From the human T2T-CHM13v2.0 reference genome, Homo sapiens: a DNA stretch of 64,000 bases. The position numbers and the translations under genes are program-made. Of the stretch, positions 18,596 to 32,509 are shown piece by piece. The first letter of the stretch is position 1, and every line of letters starts with the position of its first letter. Where the stretch lies: NCBI RefSeq assembly GCF_009914755.1, contig NC_060928.1; one strand, given 5' to 3'. The notes beneath the pieces are model-generated. The model worked only from the letters and a program-made list of their open reading frames with translations, ran no database searches and was not told the origin of the DNA.

Positions 18596-18743
18596 TAGGG
18601 AGGCTATATACAACCAGCATCTAAACCATAGGTAGCACTTTTCAGACTGAGGGGATGTGGGACAAAGAGCGACAGCTGGGACCCTGGAACAACAGGTATT
18701 CAACAGACCTGCCTCCAGCAAACTGGGACTCATGGTCACCCTA
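18596..18743. mobile_element. MER94-like hAT non-autonomous DNA transposon
   Basis: taggg...cacttttcagactga...ggaacaacagg...gcaaactgggactcatggtcacccta matches the MER94/MER81 end; degenerate 8-bp flanks attatggc/gttatgtg. Confidence 0.6.
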
Positions 18744-19779
18744 GTTATGTGTCTGCTGTGCTCTATCAGATGAGTCACTGAAATCTCAGTTTGCTCTGCC
18801 TCAGCCGCAGACTTTTGATCCCTCACTCGGTAATTTGGAATCAGAGATAATGAGTATAGCTCTAGAGGCAGGAAGGAGGATGGTAGTAAGTTTTGGATAA
18901 AAGTTATAAAGAACTGACAAAGAATAGGAATAAGAGACTCTGAATAATGCTCTCTTTATAGACTTTACTGCCTTGGCACCTGAAATGAAAAATCTGAGTG
19001 CAGGAATGAGGCACTAGCAATTTACCTTACAGTACTATAGATTTTGAAGATTGATGGCATTTTGTTCTTCTTGTACAGCACATTGGATACGTGAAGAGGG
19101 TATATGGTCTGCCTTTGTACACTAAATTTATATCTGATTTATAAGCTGCATAGAGCTCTCCATCAAAATAACAAAAAAGGTTTCAGTGCTGCTTAGAATG
19201 GCATTCTGACTTTTGTCTAACAATGAAATGTGATTTAAAGTGTATCACCTTCTTGATGGAGAAATCAAACCCCTCCCCACTGCCTATTTTACAACTTATT
19301 TCAAATAAGTCCTTCAATTTGGTTTGTGGCAAGTATGATTTCTTCAACTTTGACAGATTTATTTTGATTCTGACAAAAGTATCACCAAATAATGGCTCTG
19401 TTCTAAAAGGGAAGGCACTTACTTTTGCCTTTGACGACATAACAGCTTACCAAGGGGATCATGTAGCAAATTCTAAAATGTCCACTGTTACATACAGAAG
19501 GTAGCCCCCACCTAAGCTTCAGTTAACACTTTAATAACCTTGTGAATCTAAAAATATATATGAATGACAGTCTAATCAATATGAGGTTAAAAGGAGAAAG
19601 CTGACCTATAATTAAATAGGAGCACCTCAGAGTTTTCATGAATTTGCCATGAAGCAATGTTCTATCTAGAGGCTGAATAAGTGCTTCTTGGGACCATTGT
19701 TCTAAATTAATAAATGATTTTTTTAAAAAAAGAAAAAATGACAACACACAGCCTTAAAGGAAACTTTAAAAGTTTTAAA

Positions 19780-22260
19780 GGAATTTTATTCTCTTAGATT
19801 AAAAAAAATACTATTTTGAAATATATTTATGGGAGAGTCTAAATACATTTTTAGCAAAACTATATATAGGTCAGGAAGTTGAACAGAGTTAGGGTAGTTG
19901 AGTGTAACTTTAACACATGATTGTATTATCCACACATATTATATAGCACAAAGAGAAAATTTAGATTGCAATACAGTCAAAAGAGTATATTATATTCTTT
20001 TGAAGTTCCAGTACACACACATGCAAAATAGTGGTAGAAATCAAACTATTTTGATTATCTCTGTAAGGCCCCATTGCTTAGAAAGCAGTACAAATGAATC
20101 TTTGGCAATTCTGGAAATATTGTATATTCTGAACTGTATTATATTGACATGGATGTACACATTTATAAAAAGGAATATCTATATGAAAGATAAGTAAATT
20201 CAAAGCCCTTTACTGCATAAATATTGTACATCAATAAAAACTTAACTAAAAATTATAGAATACAGCAAAAGCAATGAAATTTCTTGAGAAGAAGCAAGGC
20301 CCAAAGAAATTTGAGAGACTTAACTGCATATGTTAGAAAGGAAGAAAGGCTAAAGTCATTGACCTAAGCATAATTCTCAATAAGATAAGAAAAAGAACAC
20401 TAATGAATGAAAAGTAGGAAGTAGAAGTAGATTACAGTCTGGTAATCTAACTAAAATATATAAAAGCAATATAAAAAAGAAAACTAAAGAAACATTGTTA
20501 AAAATAATAAAATTTAATGAAAAATGCAGTGTATGGATCAGGAACCAAAAAAAGAGAAGACATAATATCTAATGACAAAGGAGGCATCACAATATATCCT
20601 AAAAGCAATAAAGGTAAGGGGAAATATAAAGAAAATTGGATGAATAAATTTTAAAATATAAATAAAAGTGATTATTCCTAGCAGACACAGCTACCAAAAA
20701 CAGTCCAAAATTAGAAAATATAAAGTCTTACAACTTTTAAATAAAATAAATCATTTTATTTTTATTATCATTTTTAGTATTATTATTTTAGATATGGGAT
20801 CTCTCTCTGTGGCTAGGCTGAAGTCTCACAGTCCTGGCCTAAAGTGATCCACCTGCCTTGACCTCCCAAAGTTTTGGGATTACAGGTGTGAGTCACTGTG
20901 CCTGGTCTAAGTAAAATAAATCTTAATTAAAAACCTTTTCACAAGATTCTAGGCTCAGTTTGTTCACAGGTCAATTCAACAGACATTTAAGGAAAAACTA
21001 CTGCAAATCTTTCAACAATTCCTCCAAACAACATAAAGAAGTATTTCTCACAATGTGTTTTCTCAGTCCATCATGCACTTGCTATCAAATCTGACAAGGA
21101 TATTACAAGAAAGGAAAATTAGAGGTCAATTGTTCACGAACATAGATGAAATGTCCCTAAATAGAATATAAAGAATGTGGTTCCTTTTAAATAGAGGGAA
21201 TATATTTATACATTGGATTTATTCATTCTCTGCTAAGTTTTTATGAATGTTAAAATGTAATTAGAGAATTTATCATGTTAAGAAAACAAAAATCAGAAAC
21301 ATTTCAACATATACAGAAAGCCATGTAATAAATAGGCTGTCATTTTCTTCATCTGATATAGAATTTCTATTAAGAAAATACTACAGCAAACATACTTGCT
21401 AGTGAATTTTTAAACTGTCTATCAGAGATCGTAAATGAGACAAAGATACTCACTAGCATCACAGCTACTAAATATTAATTGAGTATATGAAACATTACAG
21501 TTTTTAAAGAATTGTAATTTTAACAGGAATAAAAGGACCATGTTAGCAGGTACTATAACTATGTGAATAGAAAATTCAAAATATATATCCACAAATTAAA
21601 ACAAGCAGAAATTTAGTTTGTTACATTTCTGCCTAAATTACATTTTTAAATACAAACATTTATTAAATGTTATTTTAAAAGATATCATTGAAAAGGTACT
21701 TAGAAATAAATGTAACAAAAAGTCTTTAAGATATCTATATATTGAAAACATTGCAGGAAATTTTGTATATACTTAAATAAATAGGGAAACATACCATGAT
21801 TTGATTGTATATTGGGAACTCAATATTGTAAAGATAAGAATACTTCCATAACTACCTCATAGATGCAATGTAATCAGTCAACATCCTAATGGTTTTTATT
21901 AATGTATTAGTGGTTATATTTGATGAGGTAATTATAAACAATAAATGAAAAGACAGAGGGCCAAATGTAGCTAAGTTACTTTTGCAGAGAAAAATGTTGT
22001 TTACTAAGCCCTAGGATAAAGTTAGATTTATTAAACAGTGCCTTTTCAGTATAAGGCAGGATGAAGAGACCAAAAGAGAATATAAACCCTAGAAGCTATC
22101 CTTCTCACATAGGGAGAATAGATTTGTGATTAAAATGGCATTGGATAGCACCAGGAAAGTCATTGTCTTTTGAAATAAATGTTACCATATTAACCGCACT
22201 TAAATATTTTAAAAATGAAACTTGACTTCTATCTTCCTATAGATACATGATTAATAATAA
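19780..22260 (+). mobile_element. Ancient L1M fragments (a 3' end to ~20240, then ORF2 remnants)
   Basis: Diverged ORF2 motifs (ctgacaaggatattacaagaaaggaaaattagagg; aggtacttagaaataaatgtaacaaaa; ggaactcaatattgtaaagat). Confidence 0.65.
20753..20907 (-). mobile_element. FLAM (Alu monomer)
   Basis: Single Alu arm, antisense, with T-rich tail; TSD taaataaaataaatc (20738-20752) / taagtaaaataaatc (20908-20922). Confidence 0.85.
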
Positions 22261-22649
22261 TGTGAATAAAGTTTAGAAATATTGTACCAATAAAAGGTAT
22301 TAATGAAATTGTATAACATAGTAACAATTTAAGAATATTTCCCCCACAATTACCCCTAACGTATTCTATATTTATTGGTGTAGTAAATCAAGTATTTTAA
22401 ACACCAGTAAAATTAGCATACAAAATGCACTGGAAAATATCATGAAAATACTCAGAAACTGTGATTTAAAATATTATTTACAAATTAAAATTTGAGTAAA
22501 ATGCTATGCAAATCATTTCTTATTTAATCAACAAAGTTTACAAAAATAAAATTTACTTATAGGAATAGTTAAATGATAATAAATTTTCATAAATTTCATC
22601 AATGATAAGAAAGAAAACCTAGAAAAAATAGTGTGAAAGAAATTGAGCT

Positions 22650-22860
22650 AGCCAGGCACAGTGGCTCACACCTGTAATCCCAGCATTTTGGGAGGCTGAG
22701 GCGGGTGGATTACTTGAGGTCAGGAGTTCAAGACCAGCCTGGTCAACATGGTGAAACCCCAACTCTACTAAAAATACAAAAAATTAGCTGGGCATGGTGT
22801 GCACCTGTAGTCCCAGCTACAGAAAAAAAAAAAAAAGAAAGAAAGAAAGAAAAAGAAAAC
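22650..22860 (+). mobile_element. AluS (Sz/Sx-like) missing most of the right arm
   Basis: Left arm and linker, then ...gtagtcccagctac joins directly to an A/(GAAA) tail; exact TSD aagaaattgagct (22637-22649, 22861-22873). Confidence 0.93.
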
Positions 22861-22922
22861 AAGAAATTGAGCTTATAAGATCAAGTATTCTTTACCATAG
22901 GTCATATTTTTTTGGAGGGGGA

Positions 22923-23251
22923 TTGTTTGTTTGTTTGTTTTTGTTTTTTTGCGATGGAATCTCTGTCTCCAGGCTCGAGTGCAGTGGTGAGATCTCCGTT
23001 CACTGCAACTTCAGCCTCCCAAGTTCAAGCAATTCTCCTGCCTCAGCCTCCTGAGTAGGTGGGACTACAGGCGCCTGCCACCATGTCCAGCTAATTTTTT
23101 TTTGTATTTTAATAATTTTTTTTTTTTTTTTGTATTTTAGACAGGGTTTCACCATGTTGGCCAGGATAGTCTCGATCTCCTGACCTCGTGATCTACCTGC
23201 CTCGGCCTCCCAAAGTGCTTGGATTACAGGCGTGAGCCACTGCGCCTGGCC
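22923..23251 (-). mobile_element. AluSc-like with duplicated central A-rich linker
   Basis: ccaggatagtctcgatctcctgacctcgtgatc; linker taattttt..tgtatttta occurs twice (23092-23140). Confidence 0.93.
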
Positions 23252-24544
23252 CATATTGTGATTTTATTTTGTGAAAAAAATGTTTCAGTCTTCCTGTGCA
23301 ACAGAAAATCTCCAAATATGTGAATTTATTTCTTATTCCCTAAATTAGGAAACACCAAACTAAACACAACACTACTGGTTATCTTCCAAAATATATAATT
23401 TTACCTTTTTAACATTTATTGGTTTTATTCTGGAGATAAGTGGCATGGGGTCACATAGACCTTTAGACTATCTGTTCTTCATGTTTAAATGTATAATTGA
23501 TTGTTTCATACTGTGATACTCATACATAGTATACTAATTTTCTTCTGAGATTTCTCTGTCAGCTTCAATATTAATATGAGATTTGGATGTTTGCCTGCTT
23601 AACATAACATGTTTAATATGAGAATGAATATATAATAATGTGAAGATTAATTTGAAAATGGCAAAATGAAGCTACCTCTATAAAAGAATAACACTGGAAA
23701 AGTTTTAATTTTTGACCTGTCCATTCGTATAGCTGCTCTTTTTGTTTCTTTTTTAAAATTTATTATTTAGTTGATTTAATTCACAAATTTGTTTGTTGTA
23801 CTTCTAACTCAAAAAGAAGAGTCTTCTTAGGGTGATTGCTTTTCCTAATGGTTCACATACAGCCGCAATTTAAAGGCAAATATTCTGCCGATAAAATTAA
23901 TTATTTGTTCTTCATCTCCAAATACGTGTGCTGCTTACCTACATAAAAGCTTTCAGAGGTTTGTTGTGAGTTCTACATTCTCCAGTGAGATTTATGGTAA
24001 AAAAGCTCTTCACACTTTACAATGTAAAATGTCATGTGCGTTAATGGTTATGATGATATTAGAAGAATCCTATTTTTAAGAAGCACTCATAGGGATATAT
24101 TAAGAAGACATAAACACCTAGACCACATCAGTTCCATTAAGTCTAAAAACTCATTATCCAAATGTTAATACAATTGTCATTCATTATGACAGTAGAACAA
24201 GATATCTTCATGAGCAAAAGTAAATGTGTTTGCTATGGTCTTGGCTTTACTTTTGATACAGGCAGCTGTTTCCAACAAGACAGCTGTGGTAAGATAATAG
24301 AAACTATGGAGACAATAGCTGCCTTGTCATATGATAAGTAATGCTCTTGGAGTGATTAGATGAAGAGCTTCTTATCCAATGAAGTATGTGCTGCTTTTCA
24401 GAGTGATGCAGAACTTTGCAGAAAACTTGTAAACACTCATCAAGATGGCATAAATGGCTAAATGCTAGTGGAAGCCTTTCTTAATGATAAAAATAAAAAG
24501 TATTGTGAGGCCTTTGGTTGCACAGCTTACTGTTAACCATTACG

Positions 24545-24700
24545 GGATCTAGAATTGTACAGATTTGAGCTTGATATCATCCTCTGAATTTTGTTACCTC
24601 TGTGAACTGGACAAAGTTCCTAATCTCTGATTTTTTGATATTTTATACATTGAGAAATATAATTGTTCTTATGTGATTATTCTGATGGTTAGAAAAAAAG
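24545..24700 (+). mobile_element. MIR remnant
   Basis: ctgtgaactggacaaagttcctaatctctg resembles the MIR core. Confidence 0.45.
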
Positions 24701-24989
24701 GGTGAATGAAAACTAGCTTTACAAGAGAAGGAGTGAAGAGGGTATAAAACAGTTAAAAAGCAAGGAAAAGTAAAAAGTAACATACTTAGATTTATTTATG
24801 CATTTGTTTTTGTTCAATGATTATAAAACAAATTTAAAGAAGTAAAACATGTAGAAAGAAATTTATTCATTCATTTGAAAGAATCAATGAAATTTATGTA
24901 ATATGCCTGATGATAATGAATAGTGTTAGTCATTTTAGCTCATCTTCAGAATAACTTGATTGTTTGGTTCTATTCAGCCAGCAATACTT

Positions 24990-25440
24990 CATGCTGCTGA
25001 ATGTTTTCCACGTACACTGTTTATCTTCCTTCTTTCTCACCCCAAACCTGTCTTCCTTTTGTGTTTAACCTAAATCAACAATGTTACAAATTCTCAGTCA
25101 CCTATACTAGAAATTCAGAAGCACTTTGAAGTACTTCTGTACCAACACATAGACTCAACTTCTACAAACTTCTGAAATTTCCTCCCACACAGTTCTTGAG
25201 CCACTTTTTTCACCTCTATATTCACTGTTCTTATCAAGGCCATTGTGTGCTCCCTGCAATAGCTGCTTAGTTCATAATGTGCCACTTCTCTCTTTCCTCA
25301 CAGCTGCATTACATTGTTATAGATAAACTCTCCAGACAGCTATAGAGTCCAGTGTCTACACTTATGCTTTAAATCCCTTACCCTCTGTTTTTGCAAGGCA
25401 CAATTCTAGCAGTTTTACAGGTCTTTCTCTGAAGAATTCT
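24990..25440 (+). mobile_element. L2 internal remnant
   Basis: ccccaaacctgtcttcct...cagtcacctatactagaaattcagaagc resembles the L2 body. Confidence 0.5.
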
Positions 25441-25649
25441 GCATTCTCTCTCTAAAAAATAATTCTGGTGAGCTATAAATATATTAGAAATTTTTAATCT
25501 TAAAAATATGTACATACCTATATCTATAAACATACCTACATGTAAGCATATAGATACACTTCTACTGAATTAACTATGTGTGTGTATACACATGCATATA
25601 CATATCTAAATAGAAATATATCTATCTACCTGTCATCTCTCTATCATTC

Positions 25650-27060
25650 CTATATCAATCAGCATAGGCCAGATTATGCTGTGGCAAAAAAAAAAATCTT
25701 TATCAGTTGCTTAAAATGATAAATACCTTTTTGCATGTGATATCTGGTGACATATAAGTAGTTTATGCTCATTTAATTCATTTGGGGTGATTAACAATTT
25801 GCATGTTCCTGGTTGCTGTACAGAGCAAAAGAGGACTCTGAAGGATCTCAAACCAGCAATTAAATATTCTGGCCCAGAAGTAATTCTCATATCTTAAAGT
25901 ACATATCATATTTTCAGCACCACCCAATGTTAATAAAGCTAAGAAGATCATCCTTATACCCAGAGAGCAAAGTTGAAAATATTTGATGAACTGAATTAAT
26001 TCCAATGACAATCCACTTTTCTTATGACCAAAGGTAAAATATACTCACTTCATCCCCAATGGAAAAAAACCACAAAGCCCAGTTCAGTAATGACATCATT
26101 GCATCAAATTTAAAGTTCAGGAACTTTGGGGTGGGTGTCCTTACCACCTCCTCAGGCTCAGATGGTACCCCTTTGATTTAGACCCTTATGGAATAAAGGC
26201 ATGAGTTTGCTCCCTCTTGTTACAGTCAATCTTATATTCATTTGGTATTGCTGGAACAGGAAAAATATATTTACAATGAATACCTCCACTTGGATAAATG
26301 AAGAAGGAGAGCAATATTGATCTATAGAAATTTTGAAATTCTGAAATGTCTCTTGGCAGAAAAGTTAGTGAAGAAGGAGGCAGGAAACTTCTTTCTAAGG
26401 CCCTCTCTTCAGGACTAGAAACCTTGTTCTCCAAAGACCCTGACTCTGACCTCCTAAAGTTCTTTCTTTTTCCTTATCACTTTTGCTCTATCTGAAGGGA
26501 CTTCATAAAATACCTACTGTATTAGTCTATTCTTACACTGCTATAAAGAAATACCCGAGACTGTTTAATATATAAAGGACAGAGGTTTAATTGACTCACA
26601 GTTCTGCATGGCTGAGGAGGCCTCAGGAAACTTACAATCATGGCAGAAGGGGAAGAGGCACATCTTACATGGCAGCAGGTGAGAGAATGCTAGCAAGAGC
26701 AGGGAAAACTGCCTTGTAAAACCATCTGATCTCGTGAGAACTTACTCTCTATCATGAGAACACCATGGGTGAAACTACTGCCTTAATCCAATCATTTCTC
26801 ACCAGGTTTCCTCCTAAATACCCAGGGATTACAATTCTAGATGAGATTTGGGTGGGGAGACAAAGCCTTACCATACCACCTACTTTGTGGGTTCTGAGAA
26901 ACTTTCTAAAGCTCACTTGATGCAGAGACATCTGGAGACAAAAGCTTTGTTTTAGATCCTAATTGTCATGTTTTCTTTCAGATACTTTAGAAAAGATAGT
27001 CCCCTCAAAAATATAATAAGCTTTTTGTCTACTCAGTTTTGGTAGCCTCCAAGTGATAAA
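25650..27060 (-). mobile_element. Old MaLR LTR (MLT1I/J-like) plus probable internal sequence, interrupted by THE1
   Basis: ataggccagattatgctgtggcaaaa..tcagttgcttaaaa is the MLT1I/J end; the downstream MaLR-internal-like sequence is less certain. Confidence 0.5.
26518..26878 (-). mobile_element. THE1 (THE1C/D-like) MaLR solo LTR
   Basis: tgtattagtc...gagatttgggtgggga..ccatacca; perfect 5-bp TSD cctac (26513-26517, 26879-26883). Confidence 0.93.
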
Positions 27061-27069
27061 AGCCTAACT

Positions 27070-27162
27070 AGCCCTGGTAAAATAGTAAGCAGAAGAGCCA
27101 GATTCAAACCTCAACTGTGGGGCTCAGGGTCCATGATCCTAATCACGATGCTATGCTGACTC
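27070..27162 (-). mobile_element. MIR fragment
   Basis: agtaagcagaagagccagattcaaacc...tcctaatcacgatgctatgctg is the antisense MIR 5' part. Confidence 0.55.
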
Positions 27163-28050
27163 TTGCTCATTTTTTTTTAGCTTTCCCAACTATAATCATT
27201 TTGAAGTGCCATTCCATTTATATTTTTGAGTCATTTTATTAATATCTGTAAACTATCTTTCTGGAGTAGTTATTCAGATTGTCTTTAATCCTTAAATCTA
27301 GTTAGAAACAATGGATATCTTAACAATATTGAGGTATTCCAATTCATGAAAATGAAATATTTCACTTTTTACTTGATTTTTCTCATTAGACTGTTATACA
27401 TATTAATCATATAAAAGTTTTGTTAGATTGATTCCTAAATGCTTTATATTTTTGGTGCTATTGTAAACAGTGTTGTTTTTGTAACATCAAATTCCAATTG
27501 TCCATTGATGGAGTATGAAAAGGTAATTGACTTTTGCATATTGATCTCTATCTTCATAAGCTGAAATGTTTTTCATAAATTGGTGTTGGATCTTGTCAAA
27601 TACTTTTTTATGTGTCAGTCGAAATGATCATGTTTTTCTTCATTAGCCTGTTGATATGATGAATTATATTATTGACTTTTGCATGATAAATTAGCCTTGA
27701 ATTCTTGGAACAAATTCTATTTGTTCACGGAGTGTAACTGTTTTTGTGCATTGTTTGACACAATTTGCTAATATTTTATTGAGGCTATTTCTGTTTAAGT
27801 TTATAAGAAAAATATTGTTCTATAGTTTTAGTAATGTCTGAATATGATTTTCATATTAAGGTAATATCAGCTTTATACAATGAGTCAGAAAGTGTTTCCT
27901 CTGCATCTATTTTCTAGAAGAGATTGTGAAAAAAAAAATGTTTCTTTCATATATGTTAGGTAGAATTCACCAGCGATGGTATCTAGGTTTAGTGTTTTCT
28001 TTCTTGAAGGTTATTAATGATGTATTTAATTTATTTAATAGATACAGAGT

Positions 28051-28779
28051 TGTCAAGAGCTCAGCTGAGCTAGAGAGAAAGCTGAGCAACCAGGTGTCCA
28101 GTCGTTTACTAAAGCAAAAACATGCCAAAATTCAAGTAACAGGGAAGCCTTTAATCACTTATTGCAATAGCATCAGCAAGATGCTAAATTCAGAGAAAAT
28201 ACCTACTCTCCCATTTTCCATTTCCCCAGTTGGGCCAGTTCATTGGTGGAGGGTCAGGTGTATCAGCACAGAGTGGCATCACTATGAAAGAGAAAGAAAA
28301 AAAGGCTCCTGTAGTTTTATGGACTCTAAGGCTGTGGGGAGAGAGTAGAGAGAGTGCTAGGAATGAACAATTACTAAGTACTGAGTCAGACTAAGTATTA
28401 GTGTCTTCAAACACAGGTCCTTCCCCAAGGAGGTCTCAGAAGAGGCACTTGATGAAGACCTCAGCCAAATGCCTCAGACAAAAAAGCTTCTACATGAACA
28501 CGCCTGGACTAAAAATGCAGGTATGCACAAGAGCATGTCCAGCCAAGCAGGGCTAAGTATTGGACTGCAACTCTCTTCAAAATTGCAATGTACTGGCTGT
28601 GCACATAGTCTAGTTTAGGAAGGGCAGCTTTCCACTGTGAAGACTACCAGGTAAAGCCTTTTTAATGGCTTATGGTCAGATCTGAAAAATCACACAGGAA
28701 TGTTTTGTTGTTATTGTTGTTGTTGATGATATTGTTGCTGTTGTTGTTTTAATTTTTGACCAGGAGCTGGACTTCTAAA
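28051..28779 (-). mobile_element. Solo LTR, probably ERVL class (tentatively MER76-like)
   Basis: ~730-bp GC-richer block starting tgtcaag that cleanly interrupts L1 sequence (gatacagagt | agctattctggttatc); ATTAAA on the minus strand near 28151. Confidence 0.6.
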
Positions 28780-28836
28780 AAGCTATTCTGGTTATCTATT
28801 TCTCCTTGTGTAGAGTTTTAATAAATTGCATCTTTC

Positions 28837-29142
28837 TTTTTTTTTTTTTTTTTTTTTTTGAGATAGAGTCTTGCTCCGTCGGCCAGGCTGGAGTGCAGTG
28901 GCGTGATCTTGGCTCACTGCAACCTCCGCCTCCTGGATTCAAGTGATTCTCTTGCCACAGCCTCCTGAGTAGCTGGGACTACAGGCATGTGCCACCATGC
29001 CTGGCTAATTTTTTGTATTTTTAGTAGAGACAGGGTTTCACCATGTTAGCCAGGATGGTCTCGATCTCCTGATCTCATGATCCTCCTGCCAAGGCCTCCT
29101 AAAGTGCTGGGATTACAGGCGTGAGTCACCGCAACCCGAGCC
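28837..29142 (-). mobile_element. AluSc/Sc8-like
   Basis: gttagccaggatggtctcgatctcc; poly(T); TSD taaattgcatctttc (28822-28836) / tagattgcatctctc (29143-29157). Confidence 0.95.
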
Positions 29143-32100
29143 TAGATTGCATCTCTCAAGAAATTAGTTGGTCCATTTTTTCTGTTATAAAATTTGCAGG
29201 CACGGAATTATTCATAGTATTTCTTTGTTACTCTTTTAGTGTTTATGAGATCAGTCATGATGACCTCTCTGTCATTTCTATTACGCTAATGTGTATCTTC
29301 TCTCTCTTTTTCCTCATTATTCTGGCTATAGTTTTATTAATTGTATTGATTTTTTCCATACATGTAAATTAGATAACATCAATTCATAATGCTATTCTGA
29401 TCATCTATATCCTTAGTGATTTTCTGCCTACTTGATCTAACCATTAGTGATAGGAAAATGTGGAATTCTCCAACTGTAATACTGGATTTATCTTTTTCTG
29501 CTATCAGTTTTGCTTCATGTATTTTGAAGCTGTTGTGATACATAAATATTTAAGATCATGGTGTCTTTTTGAAGAATTGACCTCTTTATCATCATGTACT
29601 TGTGCTTTTATTGCTGATCACCTTCCATCTTATGAAGTCTGGCTTGTCTGAAATTAATATAGCTACTTCAGCTTTATTTTGCATAGTGCTAGCGTGGTAT
29701 ACATTTCTCCACCACTTTACTTTCAACCTGAGTCTTTATATCTAAAGTAAGCATCACGTAGAAAAAGCATAATTGGATCTTTTTTTAATCAACTGTAACC
29801 ATCTCTGCCTTTTAGTTGGTGTATTTAGACCATTCATTTTTAAATGATCCTTGTTATGATTAGAATAACATCGGCCACGTTTTTGTTTTCCATGCGGTGC
29901 ATTTGTTTTGTTTCTTCCACTCCTTCCTTCCCTGGTTTTAATTGAATATTTTCTGTGATTTTATTTTACATGCTCTTTTTTCATACCTGTTGCACTTCCT
30001 TTGGAACTTTTTTGTACTGACCTCGAGTTTACAATACATATTTTTATTTAATCTAAATTCACCTTCAAATAACACTCTATTGCATGCAGTGCAGGTACTT
30101 TCCACCATAGTATTCCTAACTTTTTTCTCCCATCACTTATAATAGTGACACATTGGTTTCACTTATCTATATCCTAAAATTATCAAGTGTAGAGGTACTA
30201 TTATCGCTTTAAATAAAGAGTTATCTTTTAAATCACATAAGAATAAGAAAAATAAAGATTTTATTTTACGTTCATTCGTGCCTTGTCTAATGCTCTTCTT
30301 TTTAAATACAGTTTCTGATCTATGTCATTTTCTTTCTGCCTGAAGTATTTCTATTAAAACGTCTTGTGAGGCAGTTTTGCTGGAGATAAATCCTTTCAGT
30401 CTTTGTCTGAGAAGACTTTATTTCTCATCAACTTTGTAGAATAAGTTTGCTGGTAAAAAAATTGTAGGTTGATGGATTTTTTCTTTTAGCACTTCAAAGG
30501 CTTCTGCTCATTCTTTTTTCTTGCATGGCTTCTGATGAGGAGGGTATTGTAATTCTTATTCTTATCCTATATTTAGGATGTTTTATTTTTTATCTGGCAG
30601 CATTTATTTGTTGTGTTTGTTTCTCTGCAATTTGAATATAATATGCCTAAATATGTTTCTTTTTTGGTTTTTATTGTTGTTTTGTTTTGTGCTTTGATAT
30701 TTATTCTACTTGGTATTCTTTGAGCTTCTGGGATCTGCAATTTGATGTATATTATTACTTCAAATATTTCTTTCATTTTTTTCTCTTGACATTTTAATTA
30801 CACATATGCTACACCTTCGATATTGTCACCCTGTCATTCTGTTTATTTATCTCTTTGAATTTTCTTCTGGAAGTTTCAGAAGTTTCTTTTGAATCTATCT
30901 TCAAGTTCACTAATTATTTCTTCAGCTATGTAAAGTCTAATGGCTAGCCCATCAAAGACATTCTTTATTAGACATTGTTTTTGATTTCTAGTATTTTCTT
31001 TTGATTTTTGGTTACAGTTTCTACCTTTCTGCCTTCACTAATTATTTATTTTCTAATGTTGTCTACTTTTTTCCATTAGAGCACTTAACATGTTAATCTT
31101 AGTTATTTTAAATTCCCAGTCTGATAATTCCAAAATATCTGACATAATTGAATTTATTTCTGATATTTTTTGTATCCTCGGACCATGTATTTTCTGTGTT
31201 TTGGCATGTGTTATAATTTTTTTGTTTAAAACTGGGCATGATGTATTTGATTATGGGAACTAAGTTAAAAAGGCCTTTAGTGTGAGGTTTTATGCTAGGA
31301 GTTGTGTTGTGTTAAAGTTTATTCTAACTGTAGGTGTCAGAGTCATCAATTTCCTCTAGTGTGCTTGTTTTTTGTCTTTTCCCTTGGTTTTGAACTTCCC
31401 TTAAGCACTGCTCCTCAGAAAGAGTTTAAGTTCTACAGTTCTTTCAACTGTAATTATCTGTTACTAAATTTGCACCCAGTTAGTGTAGAAAAAGATGTAT
31501 CAAAGAAGAGTATTTTATAATATTCCTGTTAAATCAGTGTTTAAATGGCCCTGTGTCTTAGGATAGTAACCTTCATAATGTTTCTCCAGTGGTATAATAT
31601 TTTTTTTCCACAGACCTCTACTCTGGTCTACAGTGTTCTGTCAACTTCCATGACTTGATTCCTATTAGCTACTTTTTTCCTTTAGTTAGTTACAGGAAGG
31701 ATAGAAAGAGCTGGAGTAGGAGAACTGCCCTTCCTACAGCTGTCATAAGGCATTAGAAAAATGCCTTCCCCTGGAGTTTAAGCTTTTGTGATGGAGAAAT
31801 CTCTTGGTCTATTTTATAATGATTACCTTTCTTTTCCACCTGCCAGAACCAAGAGGGGATCTTTCTTATATTTTCACCATGAGAATGTGTTGGGCTTTAT
31901 AGAAAGACTGAGACCCCCAGCAGTTTCTCAGTCTCATATTAACCCATACTCAACCACTAACAATGATGAAAGTACTCTTTTAATATTCCTACCTGTTTAG
32001 GGTTCCAGCTGCTTCGTTTCCCATTAAGCGGATCTAGGGTATTTCTTTCAGGATGTGCTGGCTTCTCATATTTTCAGCCAGCAGTTCTCCCTGCAAATTC

Positions 32101-32146
32101 AGAATTCAAACAAATCACTGATTTTTATTTTATCCAGTTTCCACTT

Positions 32147-32509
32147 TAATATGGTTTGATTTTGTGTTCCCACCCAAATTTCATGTTGAATTGTAATCCC
32201 CGATGTTGGGGGAGGGACCTGGTGCGAGGTGATTGGATCATGGGGGCAGATTTCTCCCTTGCTTTTCTCATAATACTGAGTGAGTTCTCATGAGGGATCT
32301 GGTTGTTTGAAAGTATGTAGCATTTTCCCCTTCACTCTCTCCTGCCATCTTTCCCTTCACCCTCAGCCATGATTGTAAGATTCCTGAGGCCTCTCCAGAA
32401 GCAGAAGTCTGTACAGCCTGCAGTACTGAGAGCCGACTAAACCTCTTTTCTTTATAAATTACCCAGTCTCAGGTATGTTTTTATAGCGGTGTGAGAACAA
32501 ACTAATATA
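32147..32509 (+). mobile_element. MSTA MaLR solo LTR
   Basis: taatatggtttg..cccacccaaatttcatgttgaattgtaatcccc ... aaacctcttttctttataaattacccagtctcaggtat..ctaatata. Confidence 0.92.

Noticed and set aside
24260-24325. Imperfect inverted repeat aggcagctgtttcca / tggagacaatagctgcct
   Set aside because: Only an 8-bp perfect stem plus a bulged extension; compatible with chance.
27926-28348. 140-aa ORF
   Set aside because: Non-ATG start, spans an L1/LTR junction, and shows no recognisable protein similarity.
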